Virus record (IMG/VR): IMGVR_UViG_3300028115_000004
Location: 1 to 64,000 of that record
Origin: a virus
DNA length: 64,000 nt
Direction: 5' to 3' (one strand)
Every line of letters starts with the position of its first letter. The stretch's first letter is position 1. Both the position numbers and the translations under genes were made by a program. Of the stretch, positions 1 to 8,474 are shown one piece after another. The notes below the pieces were generated by a model, which saw only the letters and a list, made by a program, of their open reading frames with translations, searched no databases and was not told the origin of the DNA.

Positions 1-435
1 ATTGCTGAAATCTCTTCTCATGCGGGAAGACTAAATACCCTTGAGTCTGAGATGGATTCCAACGAGACCCTTCTTGGTGCTACTCTACTTTACAATGTAG
101 ATAATCCTTATAGTTGGGTTAAGTCTACTCCGGTTAAGACTGCAATCAATGATCTAGATAGTGCAGTTGGTACGTTATCTGATCTGGATGGAACCACATT
201 CGTATCTGCCTCAGACAAGGCAAATGTTGTGGCTGCACTCAACGTGCTTGCGGGTGACGTACAACAACTTCACGACAGCGCTGGAACACTTGATGCTAGA
301 ATCGGATCACTTGCAAACCTTGCTGCATTCTTTGATAGTGCGGGAGCGACTGCAAGTATTGTAAACGCCCTGAACCATATGGCAAGTAGAGTAGTGGATA
401 TCTATGATGAGAATGGCACTCTCTTAAATACTTAA
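1..435 (+). CDS. C-terminal part of a putative virion fibre/structural protein (5'-truncated by the window)
   Basis: Frame is open from base 1 to TAA at 433-435. Heptad-like A/L-rich helices; ends ...VVDIYDENGTLLNT, similar to the ...INVYNSAGVLQN end of the 1464-aa fibre. Confidence 0.6.
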   Translation: MAEISSHAGRLNTLESEMDSNETLLGATLLYNVDNPYSWVKSTPVKTAINDLDSAVGTLSDLDGTTFVSASDKANVVAALNVLAGDVQQLHDSAGTLDARIGSLANLAAFFDSAGATASIVNALNHMASRVVDIYDENGTLLNT

Positions 436-450
436 TAAAAGGACGGTGGA

Positions 451-2940
451 ATGCCAATTGCGAAAAGTAAACCGCTTAAACTCCAAAGTCCGGATCAAGG
501 CGATTTAAAGAGATTAAGTAGTACCGAAGAAAACTATCTGTCATATCTGGTAGGAACTCATCTTGTCGAAACAAGTAGCGATATCGGTGATATTACGCTT
601 ACTTCGACAGGCAATACTTCTATTGGCTCTCATTTAGATACTTTCTTTAATCAGGCGATAGGTACACACCCAGGCTCTTCGATCACTTCAGGAACAACGG
701 AGACCACCCTCTATCAGGTTGCGGGAACTGCATCCGAAACCGATTCGGACTTCCGTAAACCAGTCTCATACTATAATCCTCCGACAGACGGGCCTACCAG
801 TCTATTGGAGGGTGTGCATGAGATGGCAGATTCAGACATGAACCGTTTGGTTGACCGTCTCAACGGCCGTATCGCACTATCTGATTATATTGGTCAATAT
901 AAACTTGGTTCTTCTTCGCCTGGCGGAGACTACACCACACACATATCTAACGTGTTCTCTGATACTCTCAATAGTGGACTTGTTGCTAATTATAACATAT
1001 ATCGTAGAACAACGCAAGCACAACCTACCAGTATTTTAGACAGTGATGGTACTGTAACCGCACTCATGTCTATTAAGAGAAGTAGCGGCCGCACAGGAAC
1101 ATATCAGGGTGTTGAACGGATGACGAACCGACAGATGAAAATCTCGTTGGGTCAACGTGCGAAGACTAGACGTGCAATTGCAGATAGTATTGGGTCTTAT
1201 CAATTAAGGTCAAGTTCTCAGGGCGCACCTCTGACGGGTTCTTGGAGAGCCGTTGGTACTGCGACTGACACTAAACAAATCTTGGAAGAGACTGCATATA
1301 CTCGTACAAGAGTTTCGACTTACAATAGAGACCGAGCTTCAACCTATACTCGTGTATCGACACGCACCAGTACTAGAGACTTTGCTGGAGATTATGTAGG
1401 TAACTACTCAAGAACGTTTGAAGGTAATTATAACAGAACCTTCGTGGGTAATTATGTAGGCGACTTCATTGGTAACTACACCCGAACCAGACTCTCCATT
1501 TATAACAGAACCAGAACTTCTGCATACACTGGTGACTATGTTGGTAACTACACTAGACTCTTTGGTGGTAACTATACCAGAGGCTTCCTTGGAGAATATG
1601 CCAGAAACTTTGCGGGTGACTACACAGGCAATTACTCTAGAAACTTCGAAGGTAATTATTCTCGTGCTTTTACTCGGACTAGAGCTTCTAATTATACCAG
1701 AACGTCAACCAGAACGTCAACCCGCACAAGAACTTCTGCATATGCTGGTGATTTTGTTGGTAACTATGGTCGTTCTTTCACAGGGAATTACAGTCGTGGT
1801 TTTGTAGGAAACTATGGTAGAACCAGAGTATCCTCTTATTCCCGAAACTTTGCAGGAAACTTTTTAGGCGAATATACACGTACATCAACACGTACATCGA
1901 CAAGAGATTTCACCAGAGATGCGATTTACCCTGACTATACTCGCACAAGTGTCCGTGATGGGTACTACTTTAGATTTGGAAACCCCGATACTTGGTCTGA
2001 AGTTCAGACCTTTATCGGCCCTGCTTATTATACGGGTAACTATACATTATCTCCTAGCTTTATAGGTAATTATACTACAGTTAGGTCTTCTGCTGTACAG
2101 TATGGTAGACTTATATTTTATATACAAGGCCCAGATAACGTAGATGCCGAAGGATTTCCTATCGGCAATATGTACAGTCGTTTTTTGTACTATGCCAGAA
2201 CAGCATTCTACACTGGTAACTATACAAGAACCAGCATTACTTCTTTTACGGGTAACTACTTAGGAGACTATGCTGGTAACTTTTTAGGTGATTACACTCG
2301 TACATCAACACGTACAAGAACGTCCGGTTATAGTAGAAACTTCGTAGGTAATTATAGTAGAACCAGAAATTCAGCATACTCACGCACCAGAAACTCAACG
2401 TACACACGTACCTCAACCCGAACAAGTTCTACAGATTTTGTTGGAGACTTTGCGGGTAACTTTGTTGGTGATTATGCTAGGGACTTTGTTGGTAACTATT
2501 CACGATCATATACCAGAACAAGAGTCTCGGCCTACACCAGAAACTCTACTCGGACACGTCCCTCTACATATTCAAGAACAAGAGTCTCTGCCTATACTCG
2601 TGGACGGGCATCCGCATACTCAAGAACCAGAATTACTGACTACTCACGTGATTTTATCGGGGATTACTCTAGAGGTTTCTTGGGGAACTACACAAGAAAC
2701 TCACTAAATACCTTTAGTCGAGATCGTGTATCTGCATACTCCAGAAATAGAGACTCCACATATGCCAGAACGAGCACACGAACAAGGGTTTCCAGTTATG
2801 CAGGAGACTTTACTGGTGATTATGCTAGAACCTTTGTCGGAAATTATTCCAGAAGTTTCTTAGGAAACTACGTTGGAACCACGATTGGTTCTTCCACTTC
2901 AGTCATTGAAACGTACACCTTGTATGTTCGATATGCATAA
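451..2940 (+). CDS. Repetitive fibre protein A (829 aa): ~282-aa globular N-domain, self-complementary tetrapeptide arms, branched tip
   Basis: YxRx / FxGN / RxSx tetrapeptide repeats at 1297-1920 and 2257-2880; clear paralog of 2978-6451; lies in the virion gene region. Confidence 0.75.
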   Translation: MPIAKSKPLKLQSPDQGDLKRLSSTEENYLSYLVGTHLVETSSDIGDITLTSTGNTSIGSHLDTFFNQAIGTHPGSSITSGTTETTLYQVAGTASETDSDFRKPVSYYNPPTDGPTSLLEGVHEMADSDMNRLVDRLNGRIALSDYIGQYKLGSSSPGGDYTTHISNVFSDTLNSGLVANYNIYRRTTQAQPTSILDSDGTVTALMSIKRSSGRTGTYQGVERMTNRQMKISLGQRAKTRRAIADSIGSYQLRSSSQGAPLTGSWRAVGTATDTKQILEETAYTRTRVSTYNRDRASTYTRVSTRTSTRDFAGDYVGNYSRTFEGNYNRTFVGNYVGDFIGNYTRTRLSIYNRTRTSAYTGDYVGNYTRLFGGNYTRGFLGEYARNFAGDYTGNYSRNFEGNYSRAFTRTRASNYTRTSTRTSTRTRTSAYAGDFVGNYGRSFTGNYSRGFVGNYGRTRVSSYSRNFAGNFLGEYTRTSTRTSTRDFTRDAIYPDYTRTSVRDGYYFRFGNPDTWSEVQTFIGPAYYTGNYTLSPSFIGNYTTVRSSAVQYGRLIFYIQGPDNVDAEGFPIGNMYSRFLYYARTAFYTGNYTRTSITSFTGNYLGDYAGNFLGDYTRTSTRTRTSGYSRNFVGNYSRTRNSAYSRTRNSTYTRTSTRTSSTDFVGDFAGNFVGDYARDFVGNYSRSYTRTRVSAYTRNSTRTRPSTYSRTRVSAYTRGRASAYSRTRITDYSRDFIGDYSRGFLGNYTRNSLNTFSRDRVSAYSRNRDSTYARTSTRTRVSSYAGDFTGDYARTFVGNYSRSFLGNYVGTTIGSSTSVIETYTLYVRYA
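1297..2880 (+). repeat. 12-nt (tetrapeptide) period coding repeat; two arms of 52 units each around a 112-aa tip
   Basis: Parsed by hand: the N-arm (1297-1920) and C-arm (2257-2880) are each 624 nt. Confidence 0.9.
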
Positions 2941-2943
2941 ATA
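2936..2943 (+). promoter_or_regulatory. Probable T4-type late promoter variant (CATAAATA) for fibre B
   Basis: One mismatch to TATAAATA, about 35 nt upstream of ATG 2978. Confidence 0.5.
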
Positions 2944-2977
2944 GAGGAAGAACTAACGATATGGATGAGAAATTTTA

Positions 2978-5900
2978 ATGTCTTCGAACATACCACTAAA
3001 ACTAGAAGGAACGAATGGCGATCTTCAGGAGATGACCTCTACTGAAGAGAACTATTTGGCCTATGTGGTTGGTAAGGATAACCTAACAGGAACATCCAAT
3101 GATGTGAGTGACATCACACTGACATCTGCTGGCAACACAACCATTGGTTCATATGTAGATACGTTTTACAATCAAGCGGTTGGGACACACCCTGCCTCTT
3201 CGATTACTGGCGGATCAACCACAACGACTGTTTACCAGACTGCGGGAACGAAGACACCCTCATCTGGTTCTTTGCGTCCTGTTGGTTATACGACTGTTAG
3301 TTCAACACCAAGTTTATACGAAATGAATGACTCGGACATGAATGTCCTTGCAAGAAGACTTAACTCTCGTATCGCAACTTCCGACTATCCTGGCGTATTC
3401 AAACTCGGATCGTCTTCGCCTGGCGGAGATTATGCAGCACACATTGCCGGTGTCTTTACTGATACACAGACCGATGGTACAAGTGTAACATACAACATTT
3501 ATCAGAGAAATGCAATGACTGCACCAACTACGGTCAGACCTATTGGTCTTCGTAGTGATGGTGATACTCAAGAGATGGCGGATTCAGACATCTCTGATAG
3601 TATTGGTGCGTTCGTAAGAAATATTCGTGCAACGGCTGGTGAGATTGGTTCTTATCAGTTGCGTTCTGCTTCGCAGGGTGCACCTACAGATGCTGGTACG
3701 TGGACTGCGGTAGGTACTGCCACAGACACTAAGAAAGACACAGCTGAGACATCATACACTAGAACACGTACCTCAGCTTATACTAGAAACCGTGCATCGA
3801 CATACACAAGGGATCGTGTTTCTACCTACACAAGAAACTCGACACGTACTCGCACGTCAAGTTATCTTGGGGATTATATCGGGGATTACACTCGTGGGTT
3901 TATCGGAAACTACAGCCGAGACTTTGCGGGGGATTATGTCGGGGACTATGTTGGTAACTATGCCAGAACTCGCACATCAACATACACCAGAAATAGAGTA
4001 ACCAACTTTGCCGGTAACTTTATTGGCGACTATACTCGCACACGTGTTTCATCTTATACTAGAGATCGTGTTACCAACTTCACTCGTGATCGTGTTTCTA
4101 CCTATAATAGAACAAGAACCTCTACGTATTCAAGAACTCGCATCACCGATTATGTTGGCGACTTCATTGGTAACTACACCAGAGACAGAATTTCTACCTA
4201 CTCAAGAACTCGTGTATCATCTTATGCGGGTGATTATGTAGGTAATTATAGTCGTGCATTCCTTGGGAATTACTCTAGAGATTTCGCAGGTAACTACGCA
4301 AGAGACTTTGCAGGCGACTATCTTGGTAACTATGCAAGAACTTCTACTAGGGATTCTACTCTAGGTAGAGATTCTACTTATTCAAGAACGTCAACTCGTA
4401 CAAGAGTTTCAACTTACACAAGAACACGTGCAACCAACTATCAACGCACACGTAATTCAGCTTACACAAGAAATTCGACTCGTACCAGAACTTCGACTTA
4501 TACCCGTGACAGAGTAACTAACTTTGCTGGTAACTTCGTAGGCAACTATGCGAGAAACTTTGCAGGCGACTTTGTGGGTAACTACGCCCGTGGATTCTTG
4601 GGTAACTATGTTGGTAACTTTGTGGGTAACTACACTCGCACGGGTTATTATGCCGGTGACTTTGTTGGAGAATATTCTCGTACAAGAACTGCTACGGGTG
4701 ATTATACTCGTAACAGTACACGTACAAGTACACCAACCGGAAACTATCAAAGAACCAGAACTGCAACAGGTACGTATACTCGTACCTCTACCAGAACAAG
4801 TACTCCGACTGGCACATACACTCGTACAAGAACTGCAACGGGTACGTATACTCGTGTATCGACACGTACAAGAACTGCAACGGGTGATTATACTCGTGTT
4901 AGAGCGGCAACGGGTACGTATACTCGGGCCCGTGCTGCAGGGGTTGCGTATACTCGCAACCGTGTTGGTGCGGTGGCTTATACCAGAACCAGAGTTGCTA
5001 CGACTAGTTACACAAGAACTCAGAACTACGCCCGAACACTGTATTATGTTCGGTTTAATAATAACCCTTATGAACCAGACGTTTTAACTTATACTAGTAT
5101 TGGATATTATGCACGGACAACTAGTTACAACAGATCGGCATCATATACGGGTAACTACTCTCGTAACGTAACGTATGCGGGTAACTATGCGAGAACTGTG
5201 TACTACACTGGAAACTACACGAGAACCCTGTACTACACAGGTAACTACACGAGAACTCTATACTACGCTGGTGACTTTACGGGTAACTATCAAAGAACCC
5301 TGTACTACGCTGGAAACTACACGAGAACTCTATACTACGCTGGTGACTTCGTGGGTAACTACACGAGAACTCTGTACTACGTTGGTGATTATACCCGTAC
5401 TCTATACTACGCTGGTGACTTTACAGGTAACTATACGAGAACCCTGTACTACGTTGGTGATTACGCAAGAACGTCTACACGAACATCTACACCAACATTA
5501 GATTACACACGTACTCGTGCAACTGATTATACGAGAAACAGAAGTTCAGCTTATACTCGCACATCAACTCGTACTCGTGGTTCTGCATATACCCGTGACA
5601 GAGTAACTGACTTTGCCGGTAACTTTGCGGGTAACTACGCAAGAAACTTTGCTGGTGATTACACAGGCAATTACTCTCGTGGATTCCTTGGTGATTATGT
5701 GGGTAACTTCGTAGGTAACTATGCGAGAAACTTCGCAGGCGATTATGTGGGTAACTATTCTAGAAGTTTCCTTGGCAACTTCGCAGGTAACTTTGTGGGT
5801 GAATACACAAGAACATCCCTAAGAACTCGTACTTCTTCCTACAACCGAACAAGAACTTCAGCATACACCAGAAGCAGAACATCTGCTTACGCAAGGACAT

Positions 5901-6451
5901 CTACCCGTACAAGTACGAGCGACTTCCTTGGTGAATACACTCGTGGGTTCTTGGGTAACTACACAAGAAACAGTCTTAATACATTTACTGGCAATTTCTT
6001 GGGTAACTATTCACGAGACTTTGCTGGAAACTACTCAAGAACATTCACAGGCGATTACTTGGGTAACTTCATCGGTAACTATACCCGTGGATTCCTTGGG
6101 GAGTATACTCGTGATCGTGTGACTGACTTTGCCGGTGACTTTATTGGTAACTACTCACGTGACTTTGTGGGTGAGTATACCAGAACTTCACTACGTACCT
6201 CGACCCGCACAAGACTTTCGACCTACAGTAGAACTCGTTTGTCTACTTACACACGGAATAGTACACGTGATAGTACTAGAGACTTTGCTGGAGACTATAT
6301 AGGTGATTACCAGAGAACCTTTACTGGTGATTATTCTAGAGAATTCTTGGGTAACTACTCTAGAAGTTTCTTGGGTAATTATACAGGTACAACTATTGCG
6401 GCCACTTCTAGTACGATTCAAACGTACACTCTTTACGTAAGGGCAGCTTGA
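2978..6451 (+). CDS. Repetitive fibre protein B (1157 aa): ~259-aa N-domain plus two 430-aa self-complementary arms
   Basis: Shares N-domain motifs with fibre A (STEENYL.Y, DTF.NQA.GTHP, KLGSSSPGGDY, GSYQLRS.SQGAP, AVGTATDTK) and the C-terminal TYTLYVRxA. Confidence 0.75.
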   Translation: MSSNIPLKLEGTNGDLQEMTSTEENYLAYVVGKDNLTGTSNDVSDITLTSAGNTTIGSYVDTFYNQAVGTHPASSITGGSTTTTVYQTAGTKTPSSGSLRPVGYTTVSSTPSLYEMNDSDMNVLARRLNSRIATSDYPGVFKLGSSSPGGDYAAHIAGVFTDTQTDGTSVTYNIYQRNAMTAPTTVRPIGLRSDGDTQEMADSDISDSIGAFVRNIRATAGEIGSYQLRSASQGAPTDAGTWTAVGTATDTKKDTAETSYTRTRTSAYTRNRASTYTRDRVSTYTRNSTRTRTSSYLGDYIGDYTRGFIGNYSRDFAGDYVGDYVGNYARTRTSTYTRNRVTNFAGNFIGDYTRTRVSSYTRDRVTNFTRDRVSTYNRTRTSTYSRTRITDYVGDFIGNYTRDRISTYSRTRVSSYAGDYVGNYSRAFLGNYSRDFAGNYARDFAGDYLGNYARTSTRDSTLGRDSTYSRTSTRTRVSTYTRTRATNYQRTRNSAYTRNSTRTRTSTYTRDRVTNFAGNFVGNYARNFAGDFVGNYARGFLGNYVGNFVGNYTRTGYYAGDFVGEYSRTRTATGDYTRNSTRTSTPTGNYQRTRTATGTYTRTSTRTSTPTGTYTRTRTATGTYTRVSTRTRTATGDYTRVRAATGTYTRARAAGVAYTRNRVGAVAYTRTRVATTSYTRTQNYARTLYYVRFNNNPYEPDVLTYTSIGYYARTTSYNRSASYTGNYSRNVTYAGNYARTVYYTGNYTRTLYYTGNYTRTLYYAGDFTGNYQRTLYYAGNYTRTLYYAGDFVGNYTRTLYYVGDYTRTLYYAGDFTGNYTRTLYYVGDYARTSTRTSTPTLDYTRTRATDYTRNRSSAYTRTSTRTRGSAYTRDRVTDFAGNFAGNYARNFAGDYTGNYSRGFLGDYVGNFVGNYARNFAGDYVGNYSRSFLGNFAGNFVGEYTRTSLRTRTSSYNRTRTSAYTRSRTSAYARTSTRTSTSDFLGEYTRGFLGNYTRNSLNTFTGNFLGNYSRDFAGNYSRTFTGDYLGNFIGNYTRGFLGEYTRDRVTDFAGDFIGNYSRDFVGEYTRTSLRTSTRTRLSTYSRTRLSTYTRNSTRDSTRDFAGDYIGDYQRTFTGDYSREFLGNYSRSFLGNYTGTTIAATSSTIQTYTLYVRAA
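3755..6391 (+). repeat. Tetra-/hexapeptide coding repeat; arms 3755-5044 and 5102-6391 around a 19-aa turn
   Basis: Both arms are 1290 nt. Near-identical DNA tandem units (ctgtactac.ctgg.aactacacgaga..) lie at about 5190-5460. Confidence 0.9.
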
Positions 6452-6476
6452 CAAACGATACAGAATACTGTATCAT
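6448..6476 (+). promoter_or_regulatory. Sigma70-like early promoter TTGACA-17-TATCAT with an overlapping 7-4-7 inverted repeat
   Basis: ttgaca 6448-6453, tatcat 6471-6476; gatacag-aata-ctgtatc 6457-6474. Confidence 0.6.
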
Positions 6477-6522
6477 AACAATTGAACTATATACATTGGT
6501 AGATCATTTATAGGAGACTGAA

Positions 6523-6996
6523 ATGAGTTATAGAAAATGGATGGATAATGCGTTCTGGGAAAACGACGAAAAGGAAATGCTTAACTGCATCCTTGAGATG
6601 GAAGATGATGTCGGACGTGTTACCCGTCAAGTAATGAAACTTCGTAAGGCCGATGACGAAGGTAATGTAAACCCCGACTTCGCAGAGGTTGTTGAACTTC
6701 TTGGTGAATCCATCATCGATGAGAATACAACTGAACGTAACTCACGTAAGAAGCGTGAAGCAGAAGAAGAAAAACAACGTGAACTTGAACACGCCAAGGC
6801 ACGTAAATTAGAACAACTCTTTAACTACAAGCTCGAAGCGTTTGAGATTGAGGATATCAAGAACTCTAAGAATCGTCAACTCAAGTCCAAACTTCGACGT
6901 GCAAAGAATCGTGTAGAGGTAGACCTCTATGCAATTATGATTGTCATGGAAGAAATGAAGCGCAAAGAAGAGGAAGCTGCGAGTGGAGAAGAGTAA
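6523..6996 (+). CDS. Hypothetical charged helical protein (157 aa); possible fibre assembly factor
   Basis: SD aggag; E/K/R-rich coiled-coil-like C-half; directly follows the fibre pair. Function is inferred from position only. Confidence 0.6.
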   Translation: MSYRKWMDNAFWENDEKEMLNCILEMEDDVGRVTRQVMKLRKADDEGNVNPDFAEVVELLGESIIDENTTERNSRKKREAEEEKQRELEHAKARKLEQLFNYKLEAFEIEDIKNSKNRQLKSKLRRAKNRVEVDLYAIMIVMEEMKRKEEEAASGEE

Positions 6997-7711
6997 AGGT
7001 TATGTAATTGTCGCATCCAAGAAGATCAACTTTTATCGATATGCGGTCAACCTTGCAGAGTCTATTCTAGATTTTTACGAAGACGCAAAGATCACTCTAG
7101 TCTGTGAAGAGTGGATGTTTGAGGAAGTCCATCGTGAACTTTTCGATCAAGTAATCTGGTGCAACAATCACTATCGTGCGAAACTGTGGGGCATGGCAAA
7201 GTCTCCCTATGACCTCACGATGTATATCGATGCCGATATGGAATGTGAACACGGAGATATCGAACATGTCTTCGAAGGACTAGGCGACAACGATGTCATG
7301 TTCACTGCACTCACAGATGATCGTGAGTATGTTTATGCAGAACGTAGATTCGACAGTCCCGAAGGTGAACAAATCTTCACCCTCTGTGGTGGTGTCTGTC
7401 TGTACGATATGTCTAAACCTATCGTGAAAGAATTTATCTGGGACTGGTGGGAACTGACTAGACGACAGATGGATCATGAATGGTGGCCTGAAGGTTATGG
7501 TGAGAGTCTTCGTTCTTGGGATCAATTCTCCTTGTGGTGGTTGGTTGAGAAAGAACCGAAGTACAAAGACTTGAAGGTAGGAATCTTTGAAGAAGACCTC
7601 CGTTGGAATTTCTACAACGCTCTGAATGAAGCAATAACACCCGCTCCTGAATCTGGTATTGTCTTGAGACACTACTCTTCTGGTTTGGATAAAGACGGTT
7701 ATATTTTATGA
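6983..7711 (+). CDS. GT-A fold glycosyltransferase (GT8-like/nucleotide-diphospho-sugar transferase)
   Basis: SPYDLTMYIDAD (DxD motif), LCGGVCLY, WDQFSLW; GTG start overlapping the upstream ORF. Confidence 0.75.
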   Translation: MEKSKGYVIVASKKINFYRYAVNLAESILDFYEDAKITLVCEEWMFEEVHRELFDQVIWCNNHYRAKLWGMAKSPYDLTMYIDADMECEHGDIEHVFEGLGDNDVMFTALTDDREYVYAERRFDSPEGEQIFTLCGGVCLYDMSKPIVKEFIWDWWELTRRQMDHEWWPEGYGESLRSWDQFSLWWLVEKEPKYKDLKVGIFEEDLRWNFYNALNEAITPAPESGIVLRHYSSGLDKDGYIL

Positions 7712-8406
7712 GTATGAGAACTATCCCTATCAACAGTCAAGAGTTGATTGATCTACTCAATCAATATGTTGATATTGCTAATCATGAAGCATTTGAGGAT
7801 AACGTTCATGTTTGGTGTGAAAATCAGAATGATGTGGGTCACAAAGAAAAGTGGACTGGTGATGAATATCTAAACCACTTGCGATATGTCGAAGGAGAAT
7901 CCCACGAAGGATTCCCTGATCACATGGTCGCTCGTTCCTTCAAACCAAACCAACCCGAAGAAATGATCAAGGCTTTCGAAAGAGATTCCGATCCTATTGT
8001 GAGGAAAGAACTTCTAGATAGGATATATAAAGCCAATGAAGAGATGATGTTGTTTCTGGGTACGAGAAACAATGCATTATGTGCGTACTATCCCCCCGAT
8101 GGATATATCTCATGGCACACCAACTGGAATGCTCCAGGCTACAACCTGATCTTCACTTGGTCTGAGACTGGGGAAGGTTGGTTTAAATATCTCGACCCCA
8201 AGACCAACAAGGTTGTGCACTGTCAAGACCAGCCCGGATGGCAACTGAAGGCGGGATACTTTGGTCACATTAGAGAGAAGGATAAGATTGTCTACCATGC
8301 AGCCTCAACTGATTGTAGACGTATCACCGTATCCTTTATCTTCTCAGCAAATGATATGTCCCTCGATCTCCAAGAAGATGTTATTTCTGAAATAACCGGA
8401 GAATAA
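7708..8406 (+). CDS. 2OG-Fe(II) oxygenase-like protein, HxN variant (paralog 1 of 3)
   Basis: YYPPDGYISWHTNWN...VYHAAS...RRITVSF: DSBH pattern with H-x-N...H...R. Confidence 0.7.
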   Translation: MSMRTIPINSQELIDLLNQYVDIANHEAFEDNVHVWCENQNDVGHKEKWTGDEYLNHLRYVEGESHEGFPDHMVARSFKPNQPEEMIKAFERDSDPIVRKELLDRIYKANEEMMLFLGTRNNALCAYYPPDGYISWHTNWNAPGYNLIFTWSETGEGWFKYLDPKTNKVVHCQDQPGWQLKAGYFGHIREKDKIVYHAASTDCRRITVSFIFSANDMSLDLQEDVISEITGE

Positions 8407-8430
8407 GTCCATTTTCCAGTTTCTTGTTTA

Positions 8431-8438
8431 TATAAATA
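8431..8438 (+). promoter_or_regulatory. T4 late promoter TATAAATA
   Basis: Exact consensus upstream of ATG 8475; sits in the loop of the inverted repeat tttcttgttt/aaacaagaaa. Confidence 0.85.
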
Positions 8439-8474
8439 AAACAAGAAAGTATTCACTTAACACTGGAACTGGGA

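Noticed and set aside
1469-6122. Alternative-frame ORFs inside the fibre genes (e.g. 4548-5087, 5175-5501)
   Set aside because: These are shadow ORFs caused by stop-poor repetitive codons; they lack RBSs and carry no independent signal.
1297-6391. Arm complementarity as a by-product of a DNA inverted repeat or hairpin
   Set aside because: Paired units are not reverse complements (e.g. RVST agagtttcgact versus FLGN ttcttaggaaac). Only incidental short matches such as gttaccaac/gttggtaac occur. The symmetry is at the protein level.
1297-6391. CRISPR array or non-coding repeat array
   Set aside because: The repeats are degenerate at third codon positions, stay in frame within long ORFs, and have no constant repeat/unique spacer structure.
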